Positions 31,961 through 42,157 of a DNA stretch of 64,000 bases are shown here, in pieces; position 1 is the stretch's first letter; each line of letters starts with the position of its first letter. The position numbers and the translations under genes were made by a program. The notes beneath the pieces are model-generated. The model was not told where the DNA came from and ran no database searches. It saw only the letters and a program-made list of their open reading frames with translations. This DNA comes from an uncultured Chroococcidiopsis sp. (GTDB taxonomy: Bacteria; Cyanobacteriota; Cyanobacteriia; Cyanobacteriales; Chroococcidiopsidaceae): assembly GCA_964248365.1 (NCBI GenBank), contig CAXTYC010000003.1, positions 192,001-256,000 on the forward strand, given 5' to 3'.

Positions 31961-33547
31961 ATGACTCAGCCCAATATTAAAGAACTCGTGCAGACAGATG
32001 TAAATGCGATCGCACTTTTGCTGAATGAATCTTTACAACCTCAAGGAATCACTGCCAAAGCTGTTCTTAAGGATGTTTGCTTACAAATTATGCTGGAATC
32101 AGCCCAAGTTCCAGATCAAAATCTAGTAGTCCCGCTGCGCAATCAGTTGGTTACTTTAAATATCCAATCTTGCAAAAAAGTCAAAATATACGGACGACAG
32201 ATAGGCGAAGATTTCCCAGATTGGCAACACGAGTTTGACTTAGAGGAACAGGTAAACTCGCTTTCATTAAAAACTGAAGCGGCTGTTGAAGTTGAATCCT
32301 TAATACCTAGTCCAGATCTAGAGCAAGAGCAACATTCATTACAATCTGCACAAGTGGCACAAGCTAAACCTCAAAAACAAGAAGCTCAAAAGACTGAGGA
32401 AGTATCTATTTGGGGGTCAATTTTTGGAGCAGTAGCAGGGGCTGTAGGCGCAGTTGGGGGTGCTGCTGTCGGGGCAGGTGGAGCGGTTGCCGGAACAGTT
32501 GTAGGAACTGCCGGAGCCATTGGCGGTGCTGCTGTCGGGGCAGGTGGGGCAGTCGTTGGCACAGCTGTAGGTGTTGGTGGGGCGATCGCGGGGGCTGCTG
32601 TTCAAGCACCGGAAGGATTAGGGCATTTGCTGGGCTTGGTTGGTGATAGCCCTCAGCTACAACAGCTAACCAAAACTTTGCAGGTGGATTGGTTGTTAAA
32701 AATCATAGATCAAGTAGATATTGTTAAAGCAGAAACTCATGTCAGAAACCTACAGCAAAAATATCCTCATGAACAGGCGAGTGATATTGCTCATCGTCTG
32801 ATGGTAGAAAAGTCTATCTATGTAGGAGGATCGGGACTAGCTAGTAGTCTATTACCTGGATTTGCCTCTGCCTTGCTTGCGGTTGATTTGACTACCACTA
32901 CTGCAATACAAGCGGAAATGGTTTATTAAATTGCCTGTGCTTATGAACTTGACTTACAACAGCCAGCGAGAAAGGGCGAAGTTATAGCGATTTTTGGTTT
33001 GGCATTCGGTGGCGGGTGCGCTATTAAGGCAGGACTAGGTTTTCTGCGAAATGTACCTGTTGCAGGAGCTGTAATTGGTGCTAGCACTAATGCAGCAATG
33101 CTGTATGCACTAGGAGAAGGAGCGTGTCGATTCTACGAAGCAAAACTCAATGGGCTGACTTCTGAGGCGACACTAGCTGCTTGTGAGGCAGAAAGTGAGA
33201 AATATTTAGAAGTGGCGATCGCTCAAGAAGTTGTCATGGATCAGATTTTAGTTCACGTTGTTTTGGCTGGTAATCCTGGTAAAACATGGGAACAGATTTT
33301 GCCCCTTTTGCAAACTTTGAACCTCAGCCCTGCTTCTTTAGAGAGAATTGCTGCTAATATCAAATCGCCACCATCTTTAGAGTCATTACTCAATCAAATC
33401 AACCGTGATTTTGCTATACCACTGCTGGCTCAATGTGACAAAATTGCTCAATTAGACGGAGTAACTACAAAAGAAGAGGAACAGGTGATAGAAACAATTA
33501 CCAAGAAATTTGGTATTGATATTGATTCTCACAAGGCAAACGATTAG
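31961..33547 (+). pseudogene. Multidomain EcsC-family protein (N-terminal domain, glycine zipper, EcsC, TerB-like C-terminus) with an in-frame TAA at 32927-32929
   Basis: The same frame continues MVY*IACAYELDLQQPARKGEVIAIFGLAFGG into the 32999 ORF. The C-terminal IAQLDGVTTKEE resembles TerB motifs. Confidence 0.8.
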
Positions 33548-33661
33548 TACCCATTAATCTTTACATTGAATTACCCCAAATCGATTAGAGCAATCAAATT
33601 TTGAGTAATGTAAGAAGCGATCGCAAGATTGAATTGGTTGTGCGATCGCTTTTACATTAAG

Positions 33662-33838
33662 TTCACATCTTGCACCACGTCTGTCTAGTCCGCCAAGGCA
33701 TACATTCCTCAGCTTACAGCCTCCTTCGGATGAATCCGACTGGCTACTGTTTGAGGAGTGCGAGTGCGTTTAAACGCACTTGAGTAATTAGCCTGGAACT
33801 TAAGTTCTAGGCGGATAGGGTAAGGTGCAAGATCTGAG
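33662..33838. mobile_element. 177-bp MITE with 15-bp imperfect TIRs and a TTAAG target duplication
   Basis: Ends are TTCACATCTTGCACC ... GGTGCAAGATCTGAG. TTAAG is at 33657-33661 and 33839-33843, and there are internal palindromes. Confidence 0.85.
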
Positions 33839-33985
33839 TTAAGCCTTAAAAGCAATACACCTCTAGGATGATGAATGATCAAAAACACTGCGATGAGCTA
33901 GTAGATCAACACTACATATCCTCTTCTAAGTTGGGTGAACTGTGTAGTGGTGCGGTTCCAACAGGGAAGTGTCGAAAGGTGAATT

Positions 33986-34849
33986 ATGGAAGCAAAAACC
34001 CTTGTCTTACCTACAGATGGTGGAAGACCTGACTTTCAAACGGGCGAAATCTTCTTTATTGGAACCGCCACTGTGCTTTTGCGCTACGCAGGATTCACGA
34101 TTCTCACTGATCCGAACTTTTTACATAAAGGGGATCATGTGCATTTACATTACGGTATCCGCTCGGCTCGGAAGACGAATCCAGCCATAGAAATGGAAGA
34201 GTTACCGCAGCTTGATTTTGTCTTGCTGTCCCATATGCACGAAGATCATTTTGACCGCGTAGTAGAGCAAAAACTCGACAAAAACTTGCCAATTGTCACC
34301 ACACCTCATGCAGCAGAGAAACTTAAAAAGAAAGGTTTCAATTCAACGCAAGCACTCAACACCTGGGAAACGCTAACTGTTACCAAAGGTAATAGCTTAC
34401 TTCGCATTAGCTCTATGCCAGGAAGACATGGACCTGGTATTCTGGATGTCCTGCTACCGCCTGTGATGGGAAGTATGCTAGAGTTTGGGCAAGCTACAGG
34501 AGAAAATCTTTTTCGCCTCTACATTACTGGCGATACGCTGCTATATGACCAATTGAAGGAGATTCCCAAACGCTATCCTGATATTGACCTAGCGTTGCTA
34601 CACCTGGGAGGAACAAAGATATTTGGAGTTGTCTTGACTATGGATGCAAAGCAAGGAGTGCAGGCGATTCAGATTATTGCTCCCGAAACTGCAATACCTA
34701 TTCATTACAATGATTACACTGTTTTCAAGTCACCGTTGTCAGACTTTATGAAAGCAGTGACAGCAGCAGGTTTGGAACATAAAGTTAGATACTTGAGTCA
34801 TGGTGAGACTTACAAGTTCTCAGCCAGGGCGACTCGTAATAAACAATAA
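33986..34849 (+). CDS. Metallo-beta-lactamase-fold hydrolase (UlaG-like)
   Basis: Motifs ILTDP, LSHMHEDH, YITGDT and IPIHY. Confidence 0.9.
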   Translation: MEAKTLVLPTDGGRPDFQTGEIFFIGTATVLLRYAGFTILTDPNFLHKGDHVHLHYGIRSARKTNPAIEMEELPQLDFVLLSHMHEDHFDRVVEQKLDKNLPIVTTPHAAEKLKKKGFNSTQALNTWETLTVTKGNSLLRISSMPGRHGPGILDVLLPPVMGSMLEFGQATGENLFRLYITGDTLLYDQLKEIPKRYPDIDLALLHLGGTKIFGVVLTMDAKQGVQAIQIIAPETAIPIHYNDYTVFKSPLSDFMKAVTAAGLEHKVRYLSHGETYKFSARATRNKQ

Positions 34850-34857
34850 TAAATTTC

Positions 34858-34913
34858 TAGTATGCCACCCATGCGCACCATTATTAGATTTGGTGGGCAT
34901 GGGTGGCATACTA
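34858..34913. repeat. 23-bp-arm hairpin of the GTATGCCACCCAT family
   Basis: TAGTATGCCACCCATGCGCACCA-N10-TGGTGGGCATGGGTGGCATACTA, with one mismatch. Confidence 0.85.
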
Positions 34914-34964
34914 AAGCTTGACAATACTGCAATTATGTGTATGTGGTTGAGCGGCGCGATCGCC

Positions 34965-34994
34965 AAAAAAAGGACAGATTTCTAAATCTGCCCT
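34965..34994 (-). terminator. Rho-independent terminator of ndhD
   Basis: The minus strand reads AGGGCAGATTT-AG-AAATCTGTCCT followed by a T tract, just after the ndhD stop. Confidence 0.7.
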
Positions 34995-35016
34995 AATATT
35001 TATTAAGTTATCGGCA

Positions 35017-36591
35017 CTAGTTATTAGCAGCAATCTCTGGAGCTAGGAAAGATACTGTTGGTACTTGCTGTTTTTGGGCTAATGTTGGCACTGATTCACG
35101 TATACGCTGCGTTAGCTGTATAGTAGTGGCATCGTACACCTGAGTCAGCATTTTGGGATACAAACCAATCCCAATAATTGGTACTAACAGACAGGCAATG
35201 ATAAATATTTCTCGCGGTTCTGCATCGATTAATGCTTCGTGAGAAACTAATTTTTTGTTCTCTTGTCCGTAGAAAATTTCTCGCAGCATTGACAGCAGGT
35301 AAATCGGCGTGAGGATGACACCAACTGCCATCAGGAAGACTACAATTAGTTTGAAAGTAGGGTTATAAGCATCGCTGGTAGCAAAACCAACAAACACCAT
35401 CAACTCTGCCACAAATCCACTCATTCCAGGCAGTGCTAGAGATGCCATAGAACAAGTAGTCCACATGGCGAAAATCTTGCTCATCTTCTGCCCCACGCCG
35501 CCCATTTCATCTAGCATCAGGGTATGGGTGCGATCGTAAGTTGCTCCTACTAGGAAGAATAAACTTGCCCCAATCATTCCATGAGAAATCATTTGCAGCA
35601 TCGCACCGTTTAAGCCTAAATCGGTGAAACTAGCAATACCAATTACTACAAACCCCATGTGGGAAATGGAAGAATAAGCAATTTTCCGCTTCAAGTTGCG
35701 CTGGGCAAACGATGTCAGGGCTGCATAAATGATATTTACTATACCCAGAATTACCAACGCTGGTGCATAAAAGGCGTGCGCATCGGGTAGCATTCCTACA
35801 TTCATGCGAATCAAAGCGTATCCGCCCATTTTTAGGAGGATTCCAGCCAGTAACATATGTACTGGGGCTGTGGCTTCGCCATGAGCGTCTGGTAGCCAGG
35901 TGTGGAGGGGGAAGATGGGGAGTTTGACAGCGTAGGCAATAAAGAAGGCAGCGTAAACCCAGAGTTGGAAATTGAGGGCGTAATCTTTAGCGGCAAGCGA
36001 TCGCATATCAAATGTGACTGTATCGCCGTAAAACGCCATCGTCAAGGCAGCTACCAAAATAAACAGCGATCCGCCTGCGGTATAAAGAATAAACTTCGTC
36101 GCTGCGTATTGGCGCTTTTTGCCCCCCCAAATTGCCAGCAGCAAATAGACGGGAATCAGTTCTAGTTCCCAAACCAGGAAAAAGAGCAACATATCCTGAA
36201 CAGCGAAGACGGCAATTTGACCGCCATACATTGCCAGGATCAAGAAGTAAAATAGCCGAGGCTTTAGGGTGACGGGCCATGCTGCCAAAGTCGCCAGGGT
36301 GGTAATAAACCCAGTCAGGATAACTAGGGGCATCGATACACCATCAACACCCACTGACCAATTCAAGTCTAGCTGCGGAACCCAAGAGTAACTTTCAAAC
36401 AGTTGCAAACCTGAATCATTCAAGTCGTAACCGGAATAGAAAGCATAGACGATGAAGGCAAAATCAATTAGCCCTACAATCAAGGCATACCAGCGCACTG
36501 TCTTGCCGTCTTTGTCTGGTATAAACGGAATCAACAGCGATGCCGCGATGGGGAACAGAATTATCGTTGTCAGCCAAGGAAATGTAGCCAT
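35017..36591 (-). CDS. ndhD: NAD(P)H-quinone oxidoreductase subunit 4 (NdhD1-type)
   Basis: Motifs [27 protein letters not shown] and [12 protein letters not shown]. Confidence 0.97.
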   Translation of the reverse strand: MATFPWLTTIILFPIAASLLIPFIPDKDGKTVRWYALIVGLIDFAFIVYAFYSGYDLNDSGLQLFESYSWVPQLDLNWSVGVDGVSMPLVILTGFITTLATLAAWPVTLKPRLFYFLILAMYGGQIAVFAVQDMLLFFLVWELELIPVYLLLAIWGGKKRQYAATKFILYTAGGSLFILVAALTMAFYGDTVTFDMRSLAAKDYALNFQLWVYAAFFIAYAVKLPIFPLHTWLPDAHGEATAPVHMLLAGILLKMGGYALIRMNVGMLPDAHAFYAPALVILGIVNIIYAALTSFAQRNLKRKIAYSSISHMGFVVIGIASFTDLGLNGAMLQMISHGMIGASLFFLVGATYDRTHTLMLDEMGGVGQKMSKIFAMWTTCSMASLALPGMSGFVAELMVFVGFATSDAYNPTFKLIVVFLMAVGVILTPIYLLSMLREIFYGQENKKLVSHEALIDAEPREIFIIACLLVPIIGIGLYPKMLTQVYDATTIQLTQRIRESVPTLAQKQQVPTVSFLAPEIAANN

Positions 36592-36594
36592 ACG

Positions 36595-36745
36595 ATTTTG
36601 GATTTTGGATTTTGGATTTTAGATTAAAGCTACGTCAATTTTGGATTTTGATTTTGGATTAAAGAGTTACTCGTCAACTTTTAACATCTTTTGTTCTGAC
36701 AAGTTTTCCCCAATCCAAAATCTAAAATCTAAAATCTAAAATCGC
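36595..36745. repeat. STRR heptamer repeats (ATTTTGG / AAAATCT) in inverted arrangement
   Basis: (gattttg)n lies at about 36594-36660 and (aaaatct)n at about 36712-36743. Confidence 0.8.
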
Positions 36746-38833
36746 CTATGTCACACTAAAAACAACCACCAAGCCCAGTACGGCGGCGAAAATGATCAGA
36801 GCGTAAAATTGAGCGCGACCGTTTTCTAGGTATTTCAAGCCTTCGCCACTTACCAAAGTGAAGAAGCCTGTCAAGTTAACAGCACCATCGACAACTCGAT
36901 AGTCTACTTCCATTACTTGTCGGGCTATGCGGCGGCTACCTTGCACGAATACGCGATCGTAAATATCGTCAAAGTACCACTTATGAACAGACAACTCGTA
37001 GAGTGGTTTAATTTTCTGCGCGATCGCACTAGGATCAATTTTGCGCCACAAGTACATCAGCGAAGCTAGGGTAATCCCAATTAGGGAAATTCCTACCGAA
37101 CTACCCGCCAGAACGTAAAATTCTGACATATTAAACTCGGCAGCTTTTTCCATCACTTCCGCCGCCGTTTCGCTAGGTGGATAGATGAACTCCTCAAAGT
37201 AGTTGGCATAAGGTGTTCCCACCAAACCAATCAAAATTGAAGGAATTGCTAACAACATCAACGGTAGAGTCATCGTCCAAGGTGACTCATGAGGATATTC
37301 ACTGTGATGCCCGTGACTGTCATGTGAGGGCGAGGTTGCCGCTAGTTCTCTGGTATCCATTGCCCCAGGACCAAAGGCAGGGGTTGGTGACACCACTCTC
37401 ACGGCTTTTCCAAGGTCTATTGACTTGAGTTCCTGCCGAAGTTCAGTTTTATTTCCTCGGAATTGACCTTCAAACGTGCAGAAATACATTCTGAACATAT
37501 AGAAAGCTGTAATTCCTGCCGTTAGCCAACCTACAGCCCAGAGAAAGGGATTAGCGGCAAAGGCTGCGCCGAGAACTTCATCTTTTGACCAAAAGCCAGC
37601 AAAAGGCGGTATCCCTGAAATTGCCAAACAACCAATTAAGAAGGTAATTGCCGTAACTGGCATATACTTACGCAATTGCCCCATGAGCCGCATATCCTGG
37701 GGCAAAGTTGGGTCGTGTCCGACAACTGCTTCCATGCCATGAATCACTGATCCAGAGCCAAGGAATAGCATTGCTTTAAAGTAAGCATGGGTCATGAGAT
37801 GGAATAGTCCAGCGCTATAAGCGCCTACACCCATTGCCATCACCATGTAACCGAGCTGAGAAATCGTCGAGTAAGCTAATCCTTTTTTGATGTCGTTTTG
37901 GGTAATTGCGATCGTTGCACCCAAAAAGGCTGTAAATGCACCAGTAAAGGCAATAATATTCATTGCCGCTGGTACACCTTCAAACAGTGGGTACATCCGA
38001 GCAATCAGAAATACCCCTGCTGCCACCATTGTTGCGGCGTGGATCAAGGCTGAAATGGGGGTGGGACCTTCCATTGCATCCGGTAGCCAGACATGAAGCG
38101 GAAATTGGGCTGATTTGGCTACGGGACCCAAAAAGACTAATACGGCGAACAAAGCGGCTAGAAAACTGCTCAGGGAGCCTGATTGTACTAGCTCTTGTAG
38201 GCGATCGCCTATCACTTCAAACTCGAAGCTCCCAGTTGCCCAGAAAAGCCCCAAAATACCCAATAGCAAACCGAAGTCACCGACTCGGTTCACCACAAAT
38301 GCTTTTTGGGCAGCATCAGCCGCTGACTTGCGGTCATACCAGAAACCAACCAGTAAGTACGAACACATACCGACCAGTTCCCAAAAAATATAAATCTGCA
38401 CGATATTGGGGCTAACCACTAAACCCAACATCGAGGAGCTAAACAAGCTTAGGTAGGCATAGAAGCGCACGTATCCAGGGTCGTGAGCCATGTAGCCATC
38501 GGTGTATACCATCACCAGAAAAGCCACCGTCGTTACAATCACCAACATCATCGCTGTTAGGTGGTCGATGACGTATCCCATGCTCAAGTGGAAATTTCCC
38601 GCTGCTGCCCATTCGATTGTTGTGGTATAGGGCGCGTGTCCTTGAATTTGACTCCAGAGTAGTGCAAAAGATAGAGTCATCGCCGCTCCTAAAAGAGAGA
38701 CGATAAATACAGCATTCAATTGCCGCCGGCGGTTCGTCGCCTGATTTGCCGATATTAACCCCAGACCGACCAGCATCGCCCCAGCTAGAGGTAATACCGG
38801 AATCAGCCAGGCATACTGATAGATTGCTTCCAT
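36746..38833 (-). CDS. ndhF: NAD(P)H-quinone oxidoreductase subunit 5 (NdhF1-type)
   Basis: The start reads MEAIYQYAWLIP. Motifs KSAQFPLHVWLPDAMEGPTP and HGHHSEYPHESP. Confidence 0.97.
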   Translation of the reverse strand: MEAIYQYAWLIPVLPLAGAMLVGLGLISANQATNRRRQLNAVFIVSLLGAAMTLSFALLWSQIQGHAPYTTTIEWAAAGNFHLSMGYVIDHLTAMMLVIVTTVAFLVMVYTDGYMAHDPGYVRFYAYLSLFSSSMLGLVVSPNIVQIYIFWELVGMCSYLLVGFWYDRKSAADAAQKAFVVNRVGDFGLLLGILGLFWATGSFEFEVIGDRLQELVQSGSLSSFLAALFAVLVFLGPVAKSAQFPLHVWLPDAMEGPTPISALIHAATMVAAGVFLIARMYPLFEGVPAAMNIIAFTGAFTAFLGATIAITQNDIKKGLAYSTISQLGYMVMAMGVGAYSAGLFHLMTHAYFKAMLFLGSGSVIHGMEAVVGHDPTLPQDMRLMGQLRKYMPVTAITFLIGCLAISGIPPFAGFWSKDEVLGAAFAANPFLWAVGWLTAGITAFYMFRMYFCTFEGQFRGNKTELRQELKSIDLGKAVRVVSPTPAFGPGAMDTRELAATSPSHDSHGHHSEYPHESPWTMTLPLMLLAIPSILIGLVGTPYANYFEEFIYPPSETAAEVMEKAAEFNMSEFYVLAGSSVGISLIGITLASLMYLWRKIDPSAIAQKIKPLYELSVHKWYFDDIYDRVFVQGSRRIARQVMEVDYRVVDGAVNLTGFFTLVSGEGLKYLENGRAQFYALIIFAAVLGLVVVFSVT

Positions 38834-39271
38834 CACGCTTCGCCTACTTTGAGTACTTTTTCTTAACTTAATCAAGCGGATCGCTGTTAGCTTTTTGTCC
38901 TCGTGTCCTTTGTTATTGACAAATGACGCGGGACTCCTATAAGCTAATCGCGCTCTCGCCTTGATCAAACTGTTAACAATTGTGACACAAGGTTTTTCTC
39001 ATAAAATACCCCACCTGACTGAATATAGGTGGGGAAAATTCAATATGACTTTATTTTTACTAGTAGCTAGTGGAACCAGTGGAACTGGTGGCTAGAAAAA
39101 AGCTGGGGGAGCTGGGTGAGCTGGGTGAGTTGAAGGGGTGGCTATTACCATATCCTTGCTTTCAAATCAAGAAATTTAAATGCACTTTCTCCCTTTTGCC
39201 TCCTTTTGCCTACTTTTGCCTCCTCTGCTCTGTTCTAGCCACTAGTTCCACTAGTCACTAGTCACCAGCCC

Positions 39272-39667
39272 CTAGCCCCTCCTCATTTTGGAAAGATGGG
39301 ATGAATTGGCTGGACTGATTGAATTAGCGGGACTTGGCTCTGTATAGCCCAGTTTGATTTCTCCTAAAAATAGTCGCAATTCATCCCGACCCTTAAAGCT
39401 ATCTAGTCGCTGCCGCACTTTGCCGTTTTCAATTAGGATTAACGTTGGCAGGGTTGTAAGTCGATAAGCATTGGACAGTTTAAAATTGTCGTCGGCGTTA
39501 ACACCTACTATTTTGATGTAGTCGCTGCTATAGGTGTGAAATTCTGACAGCAGTGGCTCAATTAGTCGGCACAGTCCGCACCAAGGCGCCCAAAAGTGAA
39601 TCAAAACAGGAGTCGGCGATTCTAAAACTTCTTGAGTAAACGTCCGCTCATTAACTGACAACACCAT
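39272..39667 (-). CDS. trxC: Cyanobacterial TrxC-type thioredoxin
   Basis: It has the atypical active site WCGLC and lies next to an NnrU-family gene. Confidence 0.8.
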   Translation of the reverse strand: MVLSVNERTFTQEVLESPTPVLIHFWAPWCGLCRLIEPLLSEFHTYSSDYIKIVGVNADDNFKLSNAYRLTTLPTLILIENGKVRQRLDSFKGRDELRLFLGEIKLGYTEPSPANSISPANSSHLSKMRRG

Positions 39668-39772
39668 GATTCTTCTAGGGAGATATATCTGATTTTGCTA
39701 TCAAACAAGGGCGATCGCTTCCCTGAGCTATTAGCTGGGGCTGGCTTTTTGTTGGTTTTGAAACAGTGAGTA

Positions 39773-39800
39773 GTAAGAGCGCACGGCGGTGCGCTCTTAC
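39773..39800. repeat. REP-like perfect palindrome
   Basis: GTAAGAGCGCAC-GGCG-GTGCGCTCTTAC. Confidence 0.75.
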
Positions 39801-40104
39801 AGTAGTGAGTAATGACTTGTGATTACGTGACCACTGACTACTGACTGCACAAGTGCTGAACGCTATTGTGAATCATGCTACATCGATTTGGGATCAATTA
39901 ATCAGGTAAAATTATTGATTATTTAAAGAGCTTGGTGAATGGGGATCATGAGGGGCGCTGGGGCTAGGGGCGAGTGTAAGAGGAGGGGGAGAGTGGGAGA
40001 ATCATTAATTCCGAATTCAGCAATTGTGACTTTTCACCTCTTGACTTCTGACTTCTGACTTCTGGCTCCTCACCTTTTCACCTCCTCACCTCCTCACCTC
40101 CTGT

Positions 40105-40818
40105 CTACCAATTGACGAGGCTAGTTGCCCCAATTAAAAGGGGATGCGACCACCACAAGAGCAGCACAAAGAGGGCGACACCCAGATAAGCAGGGCGAAG
40201 AAACTCTTGCCACTTTAATGTTTGCCGTCCCTGAATAATAGCCAGAAATGGAGTAATGGAAGTACGAGACTTGACACTTTCAAATGCTGCACCGTAGCGG
40301 TATGCTAAGCGTCGATCGCCATGCCAAACCCCAAATAAATGATGCAACACTAAACCAATTGAGGTGACAAGGGTAAAGCTGGTTCCTAGCCAAAGTGTAT
40401 GGGCTATACACCAAATAATCTGTCCGACCATTTGGGGGTGGCGAGTGATGCGAATAATTCCTGTCTCATATAGATGGACTTGGGGTTTTTGGATGGCGGC
40501 AATTTCCAGCAGATTGAATGTGGCAGGATAAAGAAATAAAAAGGAAATGGCAGATAGTATCCAAACAACTGTCTGCACGAGTGGGATGCCCTGCACTTGC
40601 CACAACCTTACACCGTCGTAGCGATGGTTAATGAAGTAAATAATTAGCACAACAGCCAAAGGCAGACTGACGAGGGCAAATAAAATGCGATAGAGTCGTG
40701 ATCCAATGTATTTTTCTGCCCAAGCGCGTAGGGAAGCTAACCCACTGTGAGCGATCGCAAACCCGATTAAAAGACCCAGCATGACAAAATGGCTGGGCGT
40801 TATCTGGCTAAAACTCAT
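40105..40818 (-). CDS. NnrU-family membrane protein (Z-ISO / 15-cis-zeta-carotene isomerase-like)
   Basis: Motifs AHSGLASLR, YPATFNLLE, GIIRITRHPQ and HHLFGVWHGDRR. Confidence 0.88.
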   Translation of the reverse strand: MSFSQITPSHFVMLGLLIGFAIAHSGLASLRAWAEKYIGSRLYRILFALVSLPLAVVLIIYFINHRYDGVRLWQVQGIPLVQTVVWILSAISFLFLYPATFNLLEIAAIQKPQVHLYETGIIRITRHPQMVGQIIWCIAHTLWLGTSFTLVTSIGLVLHHLFGVWHGDRRLAYRYGAAFESVKSRTSITPFLAIIQGRQTLKWQEFLRPAYLGVALFVLLLWWSHPLLIGATSLVNW

Positions 40819-41029
40819 TTTTTATAAAAAAAGTAATTTAACGAAACTTTTTTACTGTACAACCCATATCACAATTTATTCTCAGGAGACTTTGTCACGA
40901 AGGTTGTGATAGTGTCAATTGCGATACGAGTAAAACCCTTTTGCTTGTCTAGGTAACAAATCACTCAATAGCCGCCTGCTACTGTTTGCAGCGTTTTACG
41001 TCTCCTTTCTTATTTATGGATTTAGCTGT

Positions 41030-42034
41030 ATGTCTGACCTACCTTTCACTTTAGATCAGTTACGGATTCTCAAAGCGATCGCGGCTGAAGGGAGCTTCAA
41101 GCGCGCCGCTGATAGTCTCTATGTCTCACAACCCGCCGTAAGTTTACAAGTGCAAAACTTAGAGCGACAGCTAGATGTCCCTTTATTCGACCGAGGCGGA
41201 CGTAGAGCGCAGCTGACAGAAGCAGGCTATCTTCTGCTCAGTTATGGCGAAAAAATCCTCAGCTTGTGCCAGGAAACTTGCCGTGCGATCGAGGATTTAC
41301 AAAATCTCCAAGGCGGTACTTTAATTGTAGGTGCTTCTCAAACTACAGGAACCTATCTTTTGCCGCGTATGATTGGCTTATTCCGGCAAAGATATCCTGA
41401 TGTAGCCGTCCAACTGCACGTTCACTCTACCCGCCGAACTGCTTGGAGTGTGGCAAATGGACAGGTAGATTTGGCAATCATCGGCGGCGAAATTCCGGCT
41501 GAACTCCACGAATCGCTACAAATCATTCCCTATGCTGAAGATGAACTTGCCCTGATTTTACCCGTCTTGCATCCTCTAGCTAAAGCCGAGACAGTTCAAA
41601 AAGATGACCTTTATAAACTACAGTTTATCGCTCTTGATTCCCAATCGACTATCCGCAAGGTGATTGACGCTGTACTGACTCGCTGTGATATTGATACGCG
41701 CCGCCTCAAAATTGAAATGGAACTCAATTCGATTGAGGCAATCAAAAATGCAGTGCAATCAGGTTTAGGTGCTGCTTTTGTCTCGGTCAGTGCGATCGCT
41801 AAAGAGCTACAAATGGGTGTATTGCACCGCTCTTTGATCGAAGGTGTTGTCGTCAAGCGCACACTTTGGGTAATTTTTAACCCCAACCGTTACCGTTCTA
41901 AGGCAGCAGATGCCTTTATCCGAGAAATATTACCTCAATTTACCGCCCCAGGATGGGGCAAGGAGATATTAGAGTCTCAACCCATACTCAAGGACTCAAT
42001 CGATGCGGTAACGTCAGATGAGGAGGAAGGTTAA
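41030..42034 (+). CDS. rbcR: LysR-family regulator, RbcR/Ycf30-type
   Basis: N-terminus [38 protein letters not shown], plus [12 protein letters not shown]. Confidence 0.85.
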   Translation: MSDLPFTLDQLRILKAIAAEGSFKRAADSLYVSQPAVSLQVQNLERQLDVPLFDRGGRRAQLTEAGYLLLSYGEKILSLCQETCRAIEDLQNLQGGTLIVGASQTTGTYLLPRMIGLFRQRYPDVAVQLHVHSTRRTAWSVANGQVDLAIIGGEIPAELHESLQIIPYAEDELALILPVLHPLAKAETVQKDDLYKLQFIALDSQSTIRKVIDAVLTRCDIDTRRLKIEMELNSIEAIKNAVQSGLGAAFVSVSAIAKELQMGVLHRSLIEGVVVKRTLWVIFNPNRYRSKAADAFIREILPQFTAPGWGKEILESQPILKDSIDAVTSDEEEG

Positions 42035-42157
42035 TCTCAAAATAATAAGAAAAGTAGTGAGTAGGGTAATAATTCGTAATTCCTGGTTTGTAATTCGTAA
42101 TTGTTCTTATTCCCCCTAGCTCAAGAACGCTTTCACGCTCGCCCCTAGTTCCTACCT

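Noticed and set aside
38834..38968. 45-aa N-terminal extension of NdhF in the ORF track
   Set aside because: The conserved NdhF1 start is MEAIYQYAW at 38833, so the extension is probably 5' UTR.
39070..39261. 63-aa ORF between trxC and ndhF (also 49515-49700 and 10127-10420)
   Set aside because: These are translations of STRR repeat tracts or antisense sequence and are low-complexity.
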